Positions 35,703 to 46,460 of a stretch of DNA of 64,000 bases are shown in pieces. This DNA comes from Gaiellales bacterium (GTDB lineage Bacteria > Actinomycetota > Thermoleophilia > BMS3ABIN01). The stretch is from assembly GCA_003599855.1 (NCBI GenBank), contig QZKG01000067.1, positions 7,647 to 71,646 on the forward strand, read 5' to 3'. The notes under the pieces are model-generated. The model was not told the origin of the DNA and searched no databases. It saw only the letters and a program-made list of their open reading frames with translations. The position numbers and the translations under genes were made by a program. How positions within the stretch are numbered: position 1 is the stretch's first letter; every line of letters begins with the position of its first letter.

Positions 35703-36290
35703 TCAGCCGCCCGGCGTGAACATCACCCTCACCGTGACCAGGTTCTCCACGGAGCCGTCGCGGGCGGAGTAGTTGAAGACCTCGATGCGGCCGATGGGCG
35801 TGAGCGGCTGGCTGAAGGCGGCGGCTACCGTGTATGGGCCGAACAGGCCTACATCGGCGGCTGCCGCGGTGGTGAAGCCTTCGCCTATGACAGTGCCATT
35901 CTCGTCGAGGATGCGGTAGTTGACGGTGCCCTCGAAGACCCGCGCCTCGCCGGAGATGGTCACCGGGCTTGTGATGGAAGCGCCCTGCTCGGGCGCGTAG
36001 ACCTTGATGTTCTCCGACTGCACCACCGGCGGCAGCTCCGGGCAGGGGGCGAACTCGCAGTCCGGCGGCACGCGGCCCACGTAGCTGCCGTCCGGGCAGA
36101 GCTTAGCCTCCATGGTGCAAGCCACCTCATCGGTGGATGTGCCACCGCCGGTGCTGGTGGTGTCGGTGGTGGCCACGGTGCCGCCGCCGTTGTCATCGCC
36201 TCCGTCCAGCAGTAAAGCAACCGCGCCGCCGGCTAGCGCCCCGGCGAGCAAACCGATCAATATCACGATGATGAGGTTATTCTTGTTCAT
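35703..36290 (-). CDS. membrane-anchored protein with Gmad2 immunoglobulin-like domain
   Basis: N-terminal TM anchor (IIVILIGLLAGALAGGAVALLL), a Gly/Thr-rich linker and a C-terminal domain (GEARVFEGTVNYRILDENGTVIGEGFTTAAAADVGLFGPYTVA) resembling Gmad2/GerM-associated Ig-like domains. Confidence 0.5.
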   Translation of the reverse strand: MNKNNLIIVILIGLLAGALAGGAVALLLDGGDDNGGGTVATTDTTSTGGGTSTDEVACTMEAKLCPDGSYVGRVPPDCEFAPCPELPPVVQSENIKVYAPEQGASITSPVTISGEARVFEGTVNYRILDENGTVIGEGFTTAAAADVGLFGPYTVAAAFSQPLTPIGRIEVFNYSARDGSVENLVTVRVMFTPGG

Positions 36291-36556
36291 ATAGATTCAT
36301 TCGCGTTTTGGCGGCGTTTTCATTTTTTTCAGGACAGATCCTTCGTCACCTGCTGCGTGTTGTCACCCTCCTTTGGGGCCCCCGCCTGCCAACCTAAACC
36401 AAACCGGCTGATTAACCGATACAAATGTTCAGATTTGGGGCATATAAAGGGCGGCACGGTAGTGGCGGAGATCAGGGTCAAGACAGCGGCATCATCTTTC
36501 ACATGGGTTAATCCCGCCCCGGACGATAATAGCGAATGCTCGTTGTCGGAGGCAGC

Positions 36557-39271
36557 TTGACATTACGCAGAAAAACCCTGCTGGTCATCGGCCTGGTCCT
36601 GGTGTGCCTGATCGCCATCGTCTACTTCTTCTCCAACGAGATCCTGCTGGGCGGCTTCGCCGAGGTCGAGAGCGAACGCGCCGCGGCCAACGTGCTGCGC
36701 GCCAGGGACGCCGTCACCAACGACCTGGATACCATGGCCGCCCAGACGCGCGACTGGTCCTTCTGGGACGACACCTACCAGTTCATCGATGACGAGAACG
36801 CGGGCTACATCGAGAGGAACCTGGAGCCTGATGAGACCTTCGTCAACCAGCAGGTCAACTTCATGCTCTTCATCAACGCCGCCGGCGAGCTCGTCTACTC
36901 ACGCACCTTCGACGTCGCAGAAGGCGTCTTCGTGCCGCCATCCGAAGAGGTTCTGTCGCTCACAACCGATTACCCGCTGCTGCTGGAGCATGCCGACCCC
37001 AACGACAGCAAGACAGGTATCATCATGATGGCTGCCGGCCCTGCCCTGGTAGCGTCTCAGCCTATCGTCACCAGCGAGGGAGAAGGGCCCATCCGCGGTT
37101 CCCTGGTCTTGGGACGCTACATCCATCAGGATCAGGTCGACGCCTTCAGCGATCTGACTCACCTGGCGGTCTCGATCATGCCGTATGAGGGAGAGGAGCT
37201 CCCGGAAGACTATGGCCGCGCCAAGGACAACCTCAGCGGCGCCGGGGATGTCTTCGTCCAGCCGCTCGACAAGGAGGCTATCGCCGGGTATACCCGCCTG
37301 GACGATATCAACGGCCAACCGGCCCTGGTGCTGAAGATCGAGCAGCCGAGGCAGATCTACGGGCAGGGCCTGACTTCCATGCGGTACTTCATCTATGCTC
37401 TCATCGGGGTGGGGCTTGCCTCCATCCTGGCCATCATCCTGCTGCTGGAACGGATGGTCCTCTCGCGCATGGCGCGCCTGAGCGGCGAGGTCACGGAGAT
37501 CGCCGAGCGCGGCGACCACAAGGCCCGCGTCCACGTGAGTGGCAATGACGAGCTTTCCCGCTTCGGTGAGGTCATGAACCGGATGCTGGCGGCGCTGGAG
37601 CAGTCACAGGAAGACCTGCGCGCCTACAACGACGAGCTGGACGCAAAGGTGCGGCAGCGCACCAGGGAGCTCCGCGACAGGGTCGCCACTCTCAGGACCC
37701 TCTCCGAGATCGATCGTGAAGTGAACGCGGCCATGCATGTGGAGCCGCTGTTGAAGGTGGTCTGCATGCGCACCGCCGAACTGCTGGGCGCGCCCGTCAC
37801 GCTGATTGCGCTGGCCGATGGATCAACCGACAGACCGGCGGAATCCTGCGGCCTCTCCGCCGCCACCATTTCCGACAGGGCGATCGCGCGGCACCTGGAA
37901 AAGGTCCTGGAACCTCGGCCGCACGGCAATGAAGGTGACGCCGCTGTCAGCGAGAGCCTCGACCTGGACGACCCGGTATCCGGTGATTTCTACCGGCAGG
38001 CAGGCGCACGCTCGGGCATCATGGTGCCCCTCAGGATCGACGGCGCCGTGCTGGGGGTCATCGAGGCGCTGGATGACGAACCGCGGGAGTGGCGCGACGA
38101 CGAAGTCCAGGCGCTGGAGCTTCTGGCAGGCCAGCTCACCCAGGCGCTCGGCCGCGCCCGCCTCTATGAGATGGAGCTGGCCAGGCGCGGCGAGCTCTCG
38201 GTGCTGTTCGACCTCTCCCGCGACCTCAATGAGAGCGAGCAGGACCCCGACGTCATCCTGGCCAAGGTCACCCGGCACGCCGTCGAGAACATCAAGGTGA
38301 CCTTCGCCATCGCGGCGCTCATCGAAGGCGACGAGATCGTCCCGCGCGTCGGCTACCCGATCCGCATCCTCGACTACGACCTCGTTACCCATGGCCGCGG
38401 CAAGATGTCCTCCCTGCCCTTTATCAGGAAGGTGATCGAAGAGGACTCCCCGGTCATCGTCCATAGGGACGGCGGTTGCCTGAACAGGCTGGAGCAGGTC
38501 ATCGTGATGCCGGGAGACACGGCCTCGACCTGCATCGTGCCCCTGCGGTCGGGCGATTCCAAGATGGGCATCCTCATTCTGGGCGAGTCGCGTTCGGCAC
38601 AGAGGGAGCCCATCGATGGCGAGAAACTCGAGTTGGCGCGCAGCATGTGTGACCAGACCGCTAGCGCCCTCAAGCGGGCCGAGCTGTTCCAGGAGATCCA
38701 GGAAGCTTACATGCAGACAGTGCTAGCGCTGGCCAACGCTGTCAATGCCAAAGATTCCTACACCGCCGACCACGGCCAGCGCATGGGCGACATGGCGATG
38801 GCGTTGGGCGAGGCGATGGAGATGGGGCGGGCCGACCTGGAAACGCTGCGCTACGGGGCCATCCTGCACGACGTGGGCAAGATCGGTGTCCCCGACTCCA
38901 TCCTGCTCAAGCCGGGGTCGCTTGACCACGAGGAGTGGCAACGGGTCAAGGAGCATCCCGCCATCGGCGAGCAGATCGTGACGCCGGTCAGGCATCTCGC
39001 CGGCGCCACCAAGATCGTCCGGCATCATCACGAGCGTTTCGACGGCTCGGGCTACCCTGACGGGCTTGCCGGGGAGAACATCCCCTTGGGGGCGCGCATC
39101 CTGACCGTGGTCGACGCCTACTGCGCCATGACTGACGAACGGGTCTACAAGAGCGCTGTCGGCCATGACGAAGCGATCGAAGAGCTGAAAGCGCACAGCG
39201 GCACGCAGTTCGACCCGGCGATCGTCGACGCCTTCATCAGGCGTTTCAGCAGGAAGACTGACGCGGCTTAG
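36557..39271 (+). CDS. membrane sensor with periplasmic domain, HAMP, GAF domains and C-terminal HD-GYP phosphodiesterase
   Basis: Likely TTG start at 36557, preceded by GGAGG. Two TM helices bracket a sensor domain of about 270 aa. HAMP and a coiled coil follow. HD-GYP motifs HDVGKIGVPDSILLKPG and HHERFDGSGYPDGL are present. Confidence 0.8.
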   Translation: MTLRRKTLLVIGLVLVCLIAIVYFFSNEILLGGFAEVESERAAANVLRARDAVTNDLDTMAAQTRDWSFWDDTYQFIDDENAGYIERNLEPDETFVNQQVNFMLFINAAGELVYSRTFDVAEGVFVPPSEEVLSLTTDYPLLLEHADPNDSKTGIIMMAAGPALVASQPIVTSEGEGPIRGSLVLGRYIHQDQVDAFSDLTHLAVSIMPYEGEELPEDYGRAKDNLSGAGDVFVQPLDKEAIAGYTRLDDINGQPALVLKIEQPRQIYGQGLTSMRYFIYALIGVGLASILAIILLLERMVLSRMARLSGEVTEIAERGDHKARVHVSGNDELSRFGEVMNRMLAALEQSQEDLRAYNDELDAKVRQRTRELRDRVATLRTLSEIDREVNAAMHVEPLLKVVCMRTAELLGAPVTLIALADGSTDRPAESCGLSAATISDRAIARHLEKVLEPRPHGNEGDAAVSESLDLDDPVSGDFYRQAGARSGIMVPLRIDGAVLGVIEALDDEPREWRDDEVQALELLAGQLTQALGRARLYEMELARRGELSVLFDLSRDLNESEQDPDVILAKVTRHAVENIKVTFAIAALIEGDEIVPRVGYPIRILDYDLVTHGRGKMSSLPFIRKVIEEDSPVIVHRDGGCLNRLEQVIVMPGDTASTCIVPLRSGDSKMGILILGESRSAQREPIDGEKLELARSMCDQTASALKRAELFQEIQEAYMQTVLALANAVNAKDSYTADHGQRMGDMAMALGEAMEMGRADLETLRYGAILHDVGKIGVPDSILLKPGSLDHEEWQRVKEHPAIGEQIVTPVRHLAGATKIVRHHHERFDGSGYPDGLAGENIPLGARILTVVDAYCAMTDERVYKSAVGHDEAIEELKAHSGTQFDPAIVDAFIRRFSRKTDAA

Positions 39272-39272
39272 G

Positions 39273-39306
39273 GAGAGCGCGGGGGGCGTTCTCGCGGTTT
39301 ATTTTT
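39273..39306 (+). terminator. terminator-like hairpin after the HD-GYP sensor gene
   Basis: The stem gagagcg/cgttctc includes one G-U pair, has a 7-nt G-rich loop and is followed by a T-rich tract (tttattttt). Confidence 0.4.
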
Positions 39307-39578
39307 CGCCGACTACGGGGAAACGAGTCTGGGTTTCCTGTTCGTGTTGATATCCCAGGGATCGGGTGAGATGCCATGGGAACTAGGACGATAAGGGTAA
39401 TGCCGCTTGGCTGGTCTACGCAGGCGAGACTTCGGAAGTCAGTCTGGACGCGCCTCCCAGTGAGCCAGCGGTCACTGCCGCAGGAGACGAGGCAGTGGGC
39501 GCCGCAGCGATCATCATGCTGGTCATTATCCTTGCCATCGTCGCAAGGCAAAAGGAAAAGCCGGCCTAGGCCCCGCCC

Positions 39579-42365
39579 TCAACCGACAAGCGCATCCCGC
39601 ACCGCGATCAATAGCTGGTCCATCGTGTACGGTTTCTGGATGAAGGGGATGTCGTGCTGCTTGATGTCTCGCAGCACATCGTCGTCGACGTAGCCGCTGG
39701 CCAGAAGCACCCTGAGCCCCGGGCGCTCGGAACGAAGATCCTCCGCCAGGCTGAGGCCGTCCCCGCCCGGCAGGACCACATCGCTGAACACCAGGTCGAA
39801 CTCGCCGCTTCCGTCCCTGAAAACCTCCTCCGCCTCATCGGCGTCCGCCACAGTGACCACCCGGTACCCGTGCTCGGTCAGTATCTTGCCGGCGACCTCA
39901 CGCACGCCCTGCTCGTCCTCGATCAAAAGGACCCGCTCGTCGTGGCCATCCGGCACGCCCGCCTGCCAGCCGTCCGCCCCCGGCACGTCCTGCCTCACGT
40001 CGGCCAGAGGCAGGTAGATATGGAACACCGAACCATCACCCGGCACGCTGTCCACCTCGATCCAGCCCCCGAGCTGGGAGATGATGCCATATACCACCGA
40101 GAGGCCGAGCCCGGTCCCCTTGCCGACCTCCTTGGTGCTGAAGAAGGGCTCGAATATCCGCTGGCGCGTCTCGGCGTCTATGCCCTCGCCCTCATCGCTG
40201 ATGGATAGCCTCACAAAATCGCCGGGGTACGCTTCTGCATGCTCGTGGCAGTATTCCCGGTCGACCCGCGCGTTGCGCGTGGATATGGTTATCTCGCCGC
40301 CTGCGGGCATGGCGTCACGCGCGTTCACCACCAGGTTCATGATCACCTGCTCGATATAGGTCACGTCCACCGCGACCAGGCCGAGCCGCTCGCCGAAACT
40401 GGTCGTTATCCTGAAACCCTCGCCGATGAGCCGGTTGAGCATGTTGAGCAGTTCGATGATGGAAGCATTGAGGTCGACCACGGATATGTCCATGGGCTCG
40501 CGCCGGCTGAAGAGAAGCATCTGCCGGGTGAGCTCCGCGGCGCGGTCGGCCGCCTTGCGGGCCTGTTTCAGCTCCTCCCGTGCCTCGCTGTCGCCAGGTA
40601 TATCCGATATCGCCAGGTCGACGTAGCCGCGGATCACGGTCAACAGGTTGTTGAAATCGTGGGCCACGCCCCCGGCCAGGTGGCCGACGCTCTCCATTTT
40701 CTGCGCCTGCACCAGCTGTTCGCTCAGGCGCCGCTGCTCAGTGACGTCGCGAATGATGCCCCTATAGGCGACTACCATGCCATCGTCATCGCGGTGGGCG
40801 CTGGCGGATATGATTACGTCTATCTGCTTGCCGTCCTTGCGCTTCAGCGCCGCCTCGTAGTCGTCGACATAACCCTGTTCGGCCATCCTCTTCTGGAACT
40901 CCTCGCGCGCCTCGGGATCTGCGTACAGGTCGCGGCCGATATCGATCTCCAGGAGCTCTTCCCTGGAGATATAGCCCAGGATCCTGATACCCGCCGGGTT
41001 CATGTCCAGGAAGCGGCCCTCCGGGGTGCTGATGAACACTGCATCCCTGGATTCCTCGAAGAGGCTGCGGAACTTCTCTTCGCTCTCACGCAGGGCCGCC
41101 TCCGCCTCCCTGCGCTCGCTGATGTCGCGCGCGCTGCTGAAAATGAACCGCTCGTCCCCGATCACAACGGACCGGGCGTTGATCTCCACCGGGAAGACCG
41201 TGCCGTCGCTGCGCCTGTGTACCCACTCGAAGGAGGCGCCGCCGGCCAGGGCTTCCTGAATCTTGCCTGGGACCCTTTCCTGGTTCCCGGCGACCGTCAG
41301 GTCGGCGACGGTCATCCTCCCGAATTCGTCCATGGAGTAACCGTACCGCTCGACAGCGAGCGAGTTGGCGTCGAGAACACTTCCGTCTTCCCCGATGACA
41401 AAGAGAGCGTCAGGGCTGGATTCGAAAAGCTGTTTGTAGCGGCGGCGGGACTCCTCGAGCTCCTCGGTGCGGGACCGCACCGCCCGGGCGAGGCTCCCCT
41501 GGCGCCCCGCCAGCAGGTACACCACGGAGCTGAGCAGGAGTACGATCATCAGGCTGCTGACCCTGAACAGCGCCAGCTCGCCGCGGATCGCCCCATCCCA
41601 GCCGCCTGCGGGCGCGCCAGCCATCTCCCAGGACACGCCGCCAAGCGAGAGTGTCTGCGTGACGGGGTTCTCGATGGCGCGGTCACCACCGGCCATGATG
41701 GCCCCTTCATCGTCCCGGACGACGAGGTCGACCCCTTCGATGCCCTCACCGAGCCCGGCGTCCTCGAAGATGTCGAGCAGTTCATAGCTGTTGTAGCAAA
41801 ACCCCCAGAGCTGGTTGCCCTTGTAAACCGCCAGCCACAGGCTGAGATGCGTCTCGTTGTCAGGCCCGGCTTCTATCAGCAATACGGGGTCTCCGCCGGC
41901 CATGGTCTCACCCACCGCCTCCCGGGTCGCGGCGTCGGGGTCGCTGCGGGGATCCTGCGGCGGCGGCTCGCCCGCGCTCTGCTGCGGATAAACATAGACG
42001 AAATGGTCGTCCGATTGCAGCGAGTAAAGCCGCACGTTATGGACGCCCGGCTCTGATTCCAGGACGAAGCTGGTGAATTCCGTCTCCGTTACCTGCTCGG
42101 AGTTCCGGGCCAGCACCGCCAGGCTCTCGATCTCCGATATGCGCTCATCCACCTGGGAGACAAGGGCGGCGGCCTGGGGGGCCAGCCGCTCAGCCAGCAT
42201 GGCTCGTTCCTCCACGACCAGGGTCTGCTTGTGCCACTGACTCACAAGCCACCAGGCGCCGAGCAGCAACAGGAATACGCTCGCCGTGATCAGGATCTCC
42301 GGCGCAACCAAAGAGCGGCGGCCGCGCCCGGCTGCCGCGCTGTCTTCAGCCTGATTCAAGCCCAC
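39579..42365 (-). CDS. hybrid sensor histidine kinase (periplasmic sensor-PAS-PAS-HisKA-HATPase-REC)
   Basis: GTG start with SD gggggaagg. H-box [15 protein letters not shown] and HATPase ([19 protein letters not shown]) are present. C-terminal receiver [18 protein letters not shown]...[13 protein letters not shown]. Confidence 0.8.
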   Translation of the reverse strand: MGLNQAEDSAAAGRGRRSLVAPEILITASVFLLLLGAWWLVSQWHKQTLVVEERAMLAERLAPQAAALVSQVDERISEIESLAVLARNSEQVTETEFTSFVLESEPGVHNVRLYSLQSDDHFVYVYPQQSAGEPPPQDPRSDPDAATREAVGETMAGGDPVLLIEAGPDNETHLSLWLAVYKGNQLWGFCYNSYELLDIFEDAGLGEGIEGVDLVVRDDEGAIMAGGDRAIENPVTQTLSLGGVSWEMAGAPAGGWDGAIRGELALFRVSSLMIVLLLSSVVYLLAGRQGSLARAVRSRTEELEESRRRYKQLFESSPDALFVIGEDGSVLDANSLAVERYGYSMDEFGRMTVADLTVAGNQERVPGKIQEALAGGASFEWVHRRSDGTVFPVEINARSVVIGDERFIFSSARDISERREAEAALRESEEKFRSLFEESRDAVFISTPEGRFLDMNPAGIRILGYISREELLEIDIGRDLYADPEAREEFQKRMAEQGYVDDYEAALKRKDGKQIDVIISASAHRDDDGMVVAYRGIIRDVTEQRRLSEQLVQAQKMESVGHLAGGVAHDFNNLLTVIRGYVDLAISDIPGDSEAREELKQARKAADRAAELTRQMLLFSRREPMDISVVDLNASIIELLNMLNRLIGEGFRITTSFGERLGLVAVDVTYIEQVIMNLVVNARDAMPAGGEITISTRNARVDREYCHEHAEAYPGDFVRLSISDEGEGIDAETRQRIFEPFFSTKEVGKGTGLGLSVVYGIISQLGGWIEVDSVPGDGSVFHIYLPLADVRQDVPGADGWQAGVPDGHDERVLLIEDEQGVREVAGKILTEHGYRVVTVADADEAEEVFRDGSGEFDLVFSDVVLPGGDGLSLAEDLRSERPGLRVLLASGYVDDDVLRDIKQHDIPFIQKPYTMDQLLIAVRDALVG

Positions 42366-42564
42366 ACCTTCCCCCAGTTCGCGGATTTCCCTGAATATCC
42401 CCTGAGAATGCAGCGAAAAAACGTGTCGCTTGCTTTCATCATTTCATACCTATTCGGCAGGTGGCCGGTTTTTTCTGACAAAGCAATGAGGAAGGCTTAT
42501 CAAAAACCCCTGTATAAGATACTATTACTCCAGATTCTGCCCACCTGATATCACGGGAGGATGC

Positions 42565-43056
42565 ATGGGGATCGGATCGAGGGTTGCCGTCCTGGCAGCG
42601 GCTGCGCTGCTATCAGCCGGGCTGGCATTTCCAGCAGGCGGCTGCGGTGATGGCGAGAAGCAGGCCGAGACCGTTACCAGGAATGAGACCAAGACCGTCA
42701 CCAAGAAGGATAAGAAAAACAAGAAGTCCGGCACCAGCCCCAGGACAGCTCCCGCAACACCGCCGGCAACCCCGGCTACTCCGGCCACCCCGGCTACACC
42801 GGCCCCCGGCCCCGGCGCCGGCAGCGCCACCAATGAAGCCGCTGACATGGCTGACATGGTGGCCCTGATCCAGAGCGACCCCTATTACGGCGGCGGCGAT
42901 ACTTACGAGGCTATCTCCTACGACTTCAGATACGGTACGGGGACCGTCCTGATCACCACCTATTACGACACCCACACGCAGTTCACCGAGGTCTACATGG
43001 AGAAGGACCAGTACGGCTGGTACGCCTACGACGATTACACCTATACGATCCCCTGA
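42565..43056 (+). CDS. lipoprotein with Pro-Ala-Thr tandem repeats
   Basis: Signal plus lipobox (LAFPAGGCG), a Lys-rich segment and then (PAT)n repeats PATPPATPATPATPATPAP. The C-terminal domain is rich in Tyr and Asp. Confidence 0.6.
   Translation: MGIGSRVAVLAAAALLSAGLAFPAGGCGDGEKQAETVTRNETKTVTKKDKKNKKSGTSPRTAPATPPATPATPATPATPAPGPGAGSATNEAADMADMVALIQSDPYYGGGDTYEAISYDFRYGTGTVLITTYYDTHTQFTEVYMEKDQYGWYAYDDYTYTIP
42757..42812 (+). repeat. 9-nt tandem repeat (ccggcNacN)n encoding PAT repeats
   Basis: A direct repeat is visible: ccggcaacc ccggctact ccggccacc ccggctaca ccggccccc. Confidence 0.6.
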
Positions 43057-43116
43057 GGCGCCCTGCCGTATGATCCCCTGAAGGCAGGCCCGGTTCGGGC
43101 GCTGCCGCGCCCGTTA

Positions 43117-43440
43117 TTATTCCTGGGAACGGATCATCGTGAGGACCATCTTGAACGGCTCCACCGCATCGAGGGCGTGGGGCTCCCCCTCGGGCATGAT
43201 GATCATCTCGCCGGCGCCCAGCCGGTAGACCTCACCGGAGATCGTTATATCCGCGACGCCGTCGAGCACGTGCACCAGCGCGTCGAAGGGCGCCGTGTGC
43301 TCGCTCAGGCCCTGCCCCTTGTCGAACGAGAAAAGTGTGACAGTCCCCGTCTTCTTCTCGATGATGGTCGTGCTTATGACCGAATCGTCCTGGTAGTCGA
43401 TCATGTCGGCGTACATGGCTTTCTTTGTTCCAGTGCTCAT
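43117..43440 (-). CDS. cupin domain protein
   Basis: 107 aa with the cupin_2 motifs GLSEHTAPFDALVHVLDGVADITISGEVYRLGAGEMIIMPEGEPHAL. SD is gaaaggaag. Confidence 0.7.
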   Translation of the reverse strand: MSTGTKKAMYADMIDYQDDSVISTTIIEKKTGTVTLFSFDKGQGLSEHTAPFDALVHVLDGVADITISGEVYRLGAGEMIIMPEGEPHALDAVEPFKMVLTMIRSQE

Positions 43441-43507
43441 GATCTTCCTTTCTGCGAGTTGGTGTCAGTGGTCACCGATAACATACCCCCACCGGCAAGG
43501 AAAAAAT

Positions 43508-43888
43508 GTGACATTGCCCACTTTTGTCCGCGGGCGGCGGCGCTGGCTCTTGAAGAGGGCTTTCCCCCTTGCTATCGTGGGTGTAGTGGACTGCGACCTT
43601 TATGGGGTTCCCTTGGAGCACATCTCCCTTTACCTGCTATGCGCCGGCGCGGCAGTGGTCAACCTGCCGTTCGGCTACGTCCGGCGCGGCCTGAGCCGCC
43701 TTTCCTGGCCGTGGCTCTTGGCGGTCCACGCTCCGGTGCCGCTGGTAGTGGTCCTGAGGCTCATGAGCCACAGGAGCTGGGCCATCGTGCCGCTTCTCGT
43801 CGTCTGCGCCGTTTTCGGTCAGCTGGCGGGGGGCATGATGCGCGGCGGCCATCGCCGGACGGCCCCTGTGAGAGAACGCCGCGACTGA
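43508..43888 (+). CDS. hypothetical membrane protein (GTG start)
   Basis: Internal GTG of ORF 43403..43888 with aagga upstream. Hydrophobic helices (LAIVGVVDCDLYGV, LYLLCAGAAVVNL, AIVPLLVVCAVFGQLAGG). The upstream part of the ORF overlaps the cupin gene antisense. Confidence 0.3.
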   Translation: MTLPTFVRGRRRWLLKRAFPLAIVGVVDCDLYGVPLEHISLYLLCAGAAVVNLPFGYVRRGLSRLSWPWLLAVHAPVPLVVVLRLMSHRSWAIVPLLVVCAVFGQLAGGMMRGGHRRTAPVRERRD

Positions 43889-43920
43889 TCCCGCAGCTTT
43901 TTGACTGGTGGTGTGAAGCA

Positions 43921-44073
43921 ATGAACGTCAAGATCGTCAACAGGCTCAGGCGCCTGTTCGGGGGCAAGCCTGTTCCCCTCTGCCCCTCCTGCATGTATGA
44001 CTGGCGCTCCGCCTGCCACAACCCCGACCGGCCCCGCGCTACCGAGTGCGAGGAGTACAAGAAGCGCTACTAG
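43921..44073 (+). CDS. small Cys-containing ORF (50 aa), hypothetical
   Basis: MNVKIVNRLRRLFGGKPVPLCPSCMYDWRSACHNPDRPRATECEEYKKRY is the in-frame tail of ORF 43177..44073, whose upstream part is antisense to the cupin gene. Confidence 0.2.
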   Translation: MNVKIVNRLRRLFGGKPVPLCPSCMYDWRSACHNPDRPRATECEEYKKRY

Positions 44074-44077
44074 CCGC

Positions 44078-45283
44078 TCAAGCCCTGTCTTCCGGAGAGG
44101 CAAAGCTTTCAGCCGCCGGGGGACCGCCGGCCAACACCCGCCGCAGCCTGCCCCCTGCCCGTTCCAGGAACACAGGCAGCCTCTCCGCCAGGCTGTTCAC
44201 CCGGAAGCAGAAATACACCAGGGCCGGCAGCAGCATGGCCGTCACCACGATGCTGGTGATGTGCCTGGGCTGCAGCAGCGAGAGCCTGGCAAGGAGCCTG
44301 AAGAAGGAGTTATGGAAGACGTAGAGCGGTAGCGTCATACCCCCCGCGAAAACCAGCGCGCGCCTCATCATCAGCGGCAGCCGCGGCCTGGTCACCATGG
44401 CCACCAGGCAGAACAGGTAGATGGTGGCGAAGTTGAAAAGTTCCATCTCCTCCACCAGGTAATGATAGTTGATCCGGTCGTAACGGTCGACGAAGAGCAC
44501 GGCCGCCATGAGTGCTGCTACGGCGTACAGGATGTGGGCGCGGTTAAGACGGCTGCTGTAACGCTCGATGAGGAGCGGCATCATCATCCCTGCTGAAAAG
44601 AGCAACACGTTCCCCAGGAAGATATCCCTGTAAAGGAGCGCGTAGCGGTCGGGGACGGCGTAGTGGGCCAGTCGCTCGAGGTAAGGCAGGTATTCCAGGT
44701 AGAACTCGCTGACCAGCGCCACGACCCCGATGGCGGCCAGGTTCAGTATGATGAAATTCCGGGCGCCAGCTTTCCTGTAAACCAGGTAGATGAGCGGTGC
44801 GAAGAGATAGCACTGGAAGATCGCCGTGATGAACCAGAGGGGGGAATTGACAAAGGGGATCCCCGCCAGGATGGCGACGAGCTTGCCTGGCCCCACGGCA
44901 TGAAGTGAGAAGGTCTCCGGGAAGGCCAGCCGGACGAACACCATCGCCAGCAGGTAGACGGGATAAACCCTGATGAAGCGGTCACGGAAGAAGATGAGGA
45001 TGACGCGGGTCAGGTTCTCCCCGCTGCCGAAGCGCCGCTCGAATGAATGAAACATCCCGTAGCCAGAGAGGATGAAGAAGACGGAGATGAAGGCGTTGGC
45101 GTAGTTGCTGAGGTGCTCCTGGTAGAGCTCTGGGTCGTAGAGCTCGAAGAAGTGGGAAGCCATCACCAGGATGATGGCCGCGCCCTTGATGAAATTGCTG
45201 ATTTCCCTGCTGCTTGTCGTGTTGCTCAAAGAGTCAATGCGTCCCGTGATCCGCCTATATTGCATTGCCCCCTTGCTATACAT
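44078..45283 (-). CDS. acyltransferase family 3 (OafA/YrhL-like) membrane protein
   Basis: About 10 TM, roughly 400 aa, with an N-terminal AT3 region (IKGAAIILVMASHFFELY ... FFILSGYGMFHSFERRF). Confidence 0.7.
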   Translation of the reverse strand: MYSKGAMQYRRITGRIDSLSNTTSSREISNFIKGAAIILVMASHFFELYDPELYQEHLSNYANAFISVFFILSGYGMFHSFERRFGSGENLTRVILIFFRDRFIRVYPVYLLAMVFVRLAFPETFSLHAVGPGKLVAILAGIPFVNSPLWFITAIFQCYLFAPLIYLVYRKAGARNFIILNLAAIGVVALVSEFYLEYLPYLERLAHYAVPDRYALLYRDIFLGNVLLFSAGMMMPLLIERYSSRLNRAHILYAVAALMAAVLFVDRYDRINYHYLVEEMELFNFATIYLFCLVAMVTRPRLPLMMRRALVFAGGMTLPLYVFHNSFFRLLARLSLLQPRHITSIVVTAMLLPALVYFCFRVNSLAERLPVFLERAGGRLRRVLAGGPPAAESFASPEDRA

Positions 45284-45598
45284 GACTTATCTGATGAATC
45301 AAGTCCGAATGATTGTATATCTGACAATTCCTGTCGTCAAGCTGGTATTAAGTAACCCGACCATTGTGGCAGCGACTCAGGGAATTCGCGTCGCTCCCAG
45401 TGATGGTTCCCGGCCATGTGATCTCACCTGTCGCCGGTCGCGTGGCCGAAAGCTTAAAGATAAACCCCGTCGGGACGATTCTAAATTTACGTGGCATCAG
45501 GCGTAGCGACCGCCGGTATCCTCCGCCGTCATCCTCCGGCAGTACCAGCGCCAGACCTGCCGCGCCAACAGGCAAAGGGATAGGACAAAGGAGTTCGA

Positions 45599-45808
45599 TT
45601 GATGAAGACCGGGATACAGGTGCAGGAAGCGACGAGCGAACACGTGATAACGATCATGCAGATCAGGGAGAAGATCAGGCTGCTGAACAAATGCCGCCGC
45701 AAGATGGAGATGTCGGTCATCGATCCCGACAATTACCGTATCTATGTAGCCGCCTACAAGCAGCTGCAAAAGGAGATCTACGAGCTTTGCCGCGAGGTGG
45801 GACTGTAG
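45599..45808 (+). CDS. small hypothetical protein (69 aa)
   Basis: Helical, with lower local GC. Faint resemblance to Spo0E-like small regulators; not claimed. Confidence 0.25.
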   Translation: MMKTGIQVQEATSEHVITIMQIREKIRLLNKCRRKMEMSVIDPDNYRIYVAAYKQLQKEIYELCREVGL

Positions 45809-45974
45809 GGCCGCCCGTGAACCTTGGGCCGCGGCCAGCCGCGGCGCTCGCCGCCCCGCACAAGCGGGGCGGTCGCTTTTTCAGGGTCGCCGCCGTGACC
45901 CTGTTGTCGCCGGAAACAGAAAGGGCGGCCCGCTTACAAGCGGGCCGCCCTGATGATGCTTCACCGTCTGTTTG

Positions 45975-46460
45975 TCAGCTGCGCTTCTTCCTGGCCAGCA
46001 GCAGGCTGAAGCCGGCCACAAGCAGGGCACCGGAGGGAATCAGTGCGAAACCTGTCTCCGGCAGCTTTGCCAGCGGCTTGGAGCCGCTGGGTGCGGCGGC
46101 AGCGGGAGCTTCTGCCAGGGCTTCCACCACGAACGGCGTCGGGCAGTCGTCGCTGCCTTCACCGGTGAAGCGAACGATTACTTCATGCTCGCCTGCGGCC
46201 GCGTCGGCCGGGACGGTGAAGTCGACGCTGAAGTTGCCGTACTGGTCGGTGGTGGACGAGGCGATCGCGGCGCCGTCCCAAAGGATGGTCACATCGGTGT
46301 CTGAGTAGGCGTCGCCGTAGACGTTAACGGCTGCGCCGGGCGTTCCGGTGGTAGTTGAAAAGGAGATCTGGTCGCACAGGGACTGTGCCACTGCGACCCC
46401 GCCGATAGCCAGCGCCAGGAGCGCCCCCAACAGTACAACAGCGATTATCTTCGTTTTCAT
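45975..46460 (-). CDS. LPXTG cell-wall-anchored surface protein (sortase substrate)
   Basis: A signal peptide and strong SD gaggaggaacaa are present. The C-terminal sorting signal is KLPETG followed by a hydrophobic helix and an RKKRS tail. Confidence 0.8.
   Translation of the reverse strand: MKTKIIAVVLLGALLALAIGGVAVAQSLCDQISFSTTTGTPGAAVNVYGDAYSDTDVTILWDGAAIASSTTDQYGNFSVDFTVPADAAAGEHEVIVRFTGEGSDDCPTPFVVEALAEAPAAAAPSGSKPLAKLPETGFALIPSGALLVAGFSLLLARKKRS

Noticed and set aside
43177-43920. Upstream part of ORF 43177..44073 (298 aa).
   Set aside because: It runs antisense through the well-supported cupin gene (43117..43440). It also runs through the likely membrane-protein frame at 43508..43888. 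Only the last 50 codons (43921..44073) look like a candidate independent small ORF.
45599-45808. Spo0E-like phosphatase call for the 69-aa helical ORF.
   Set aside because: It lacks the SQELD signature. The similarity is only in its general helical pattern, and sporulation is not otherwise indicated.
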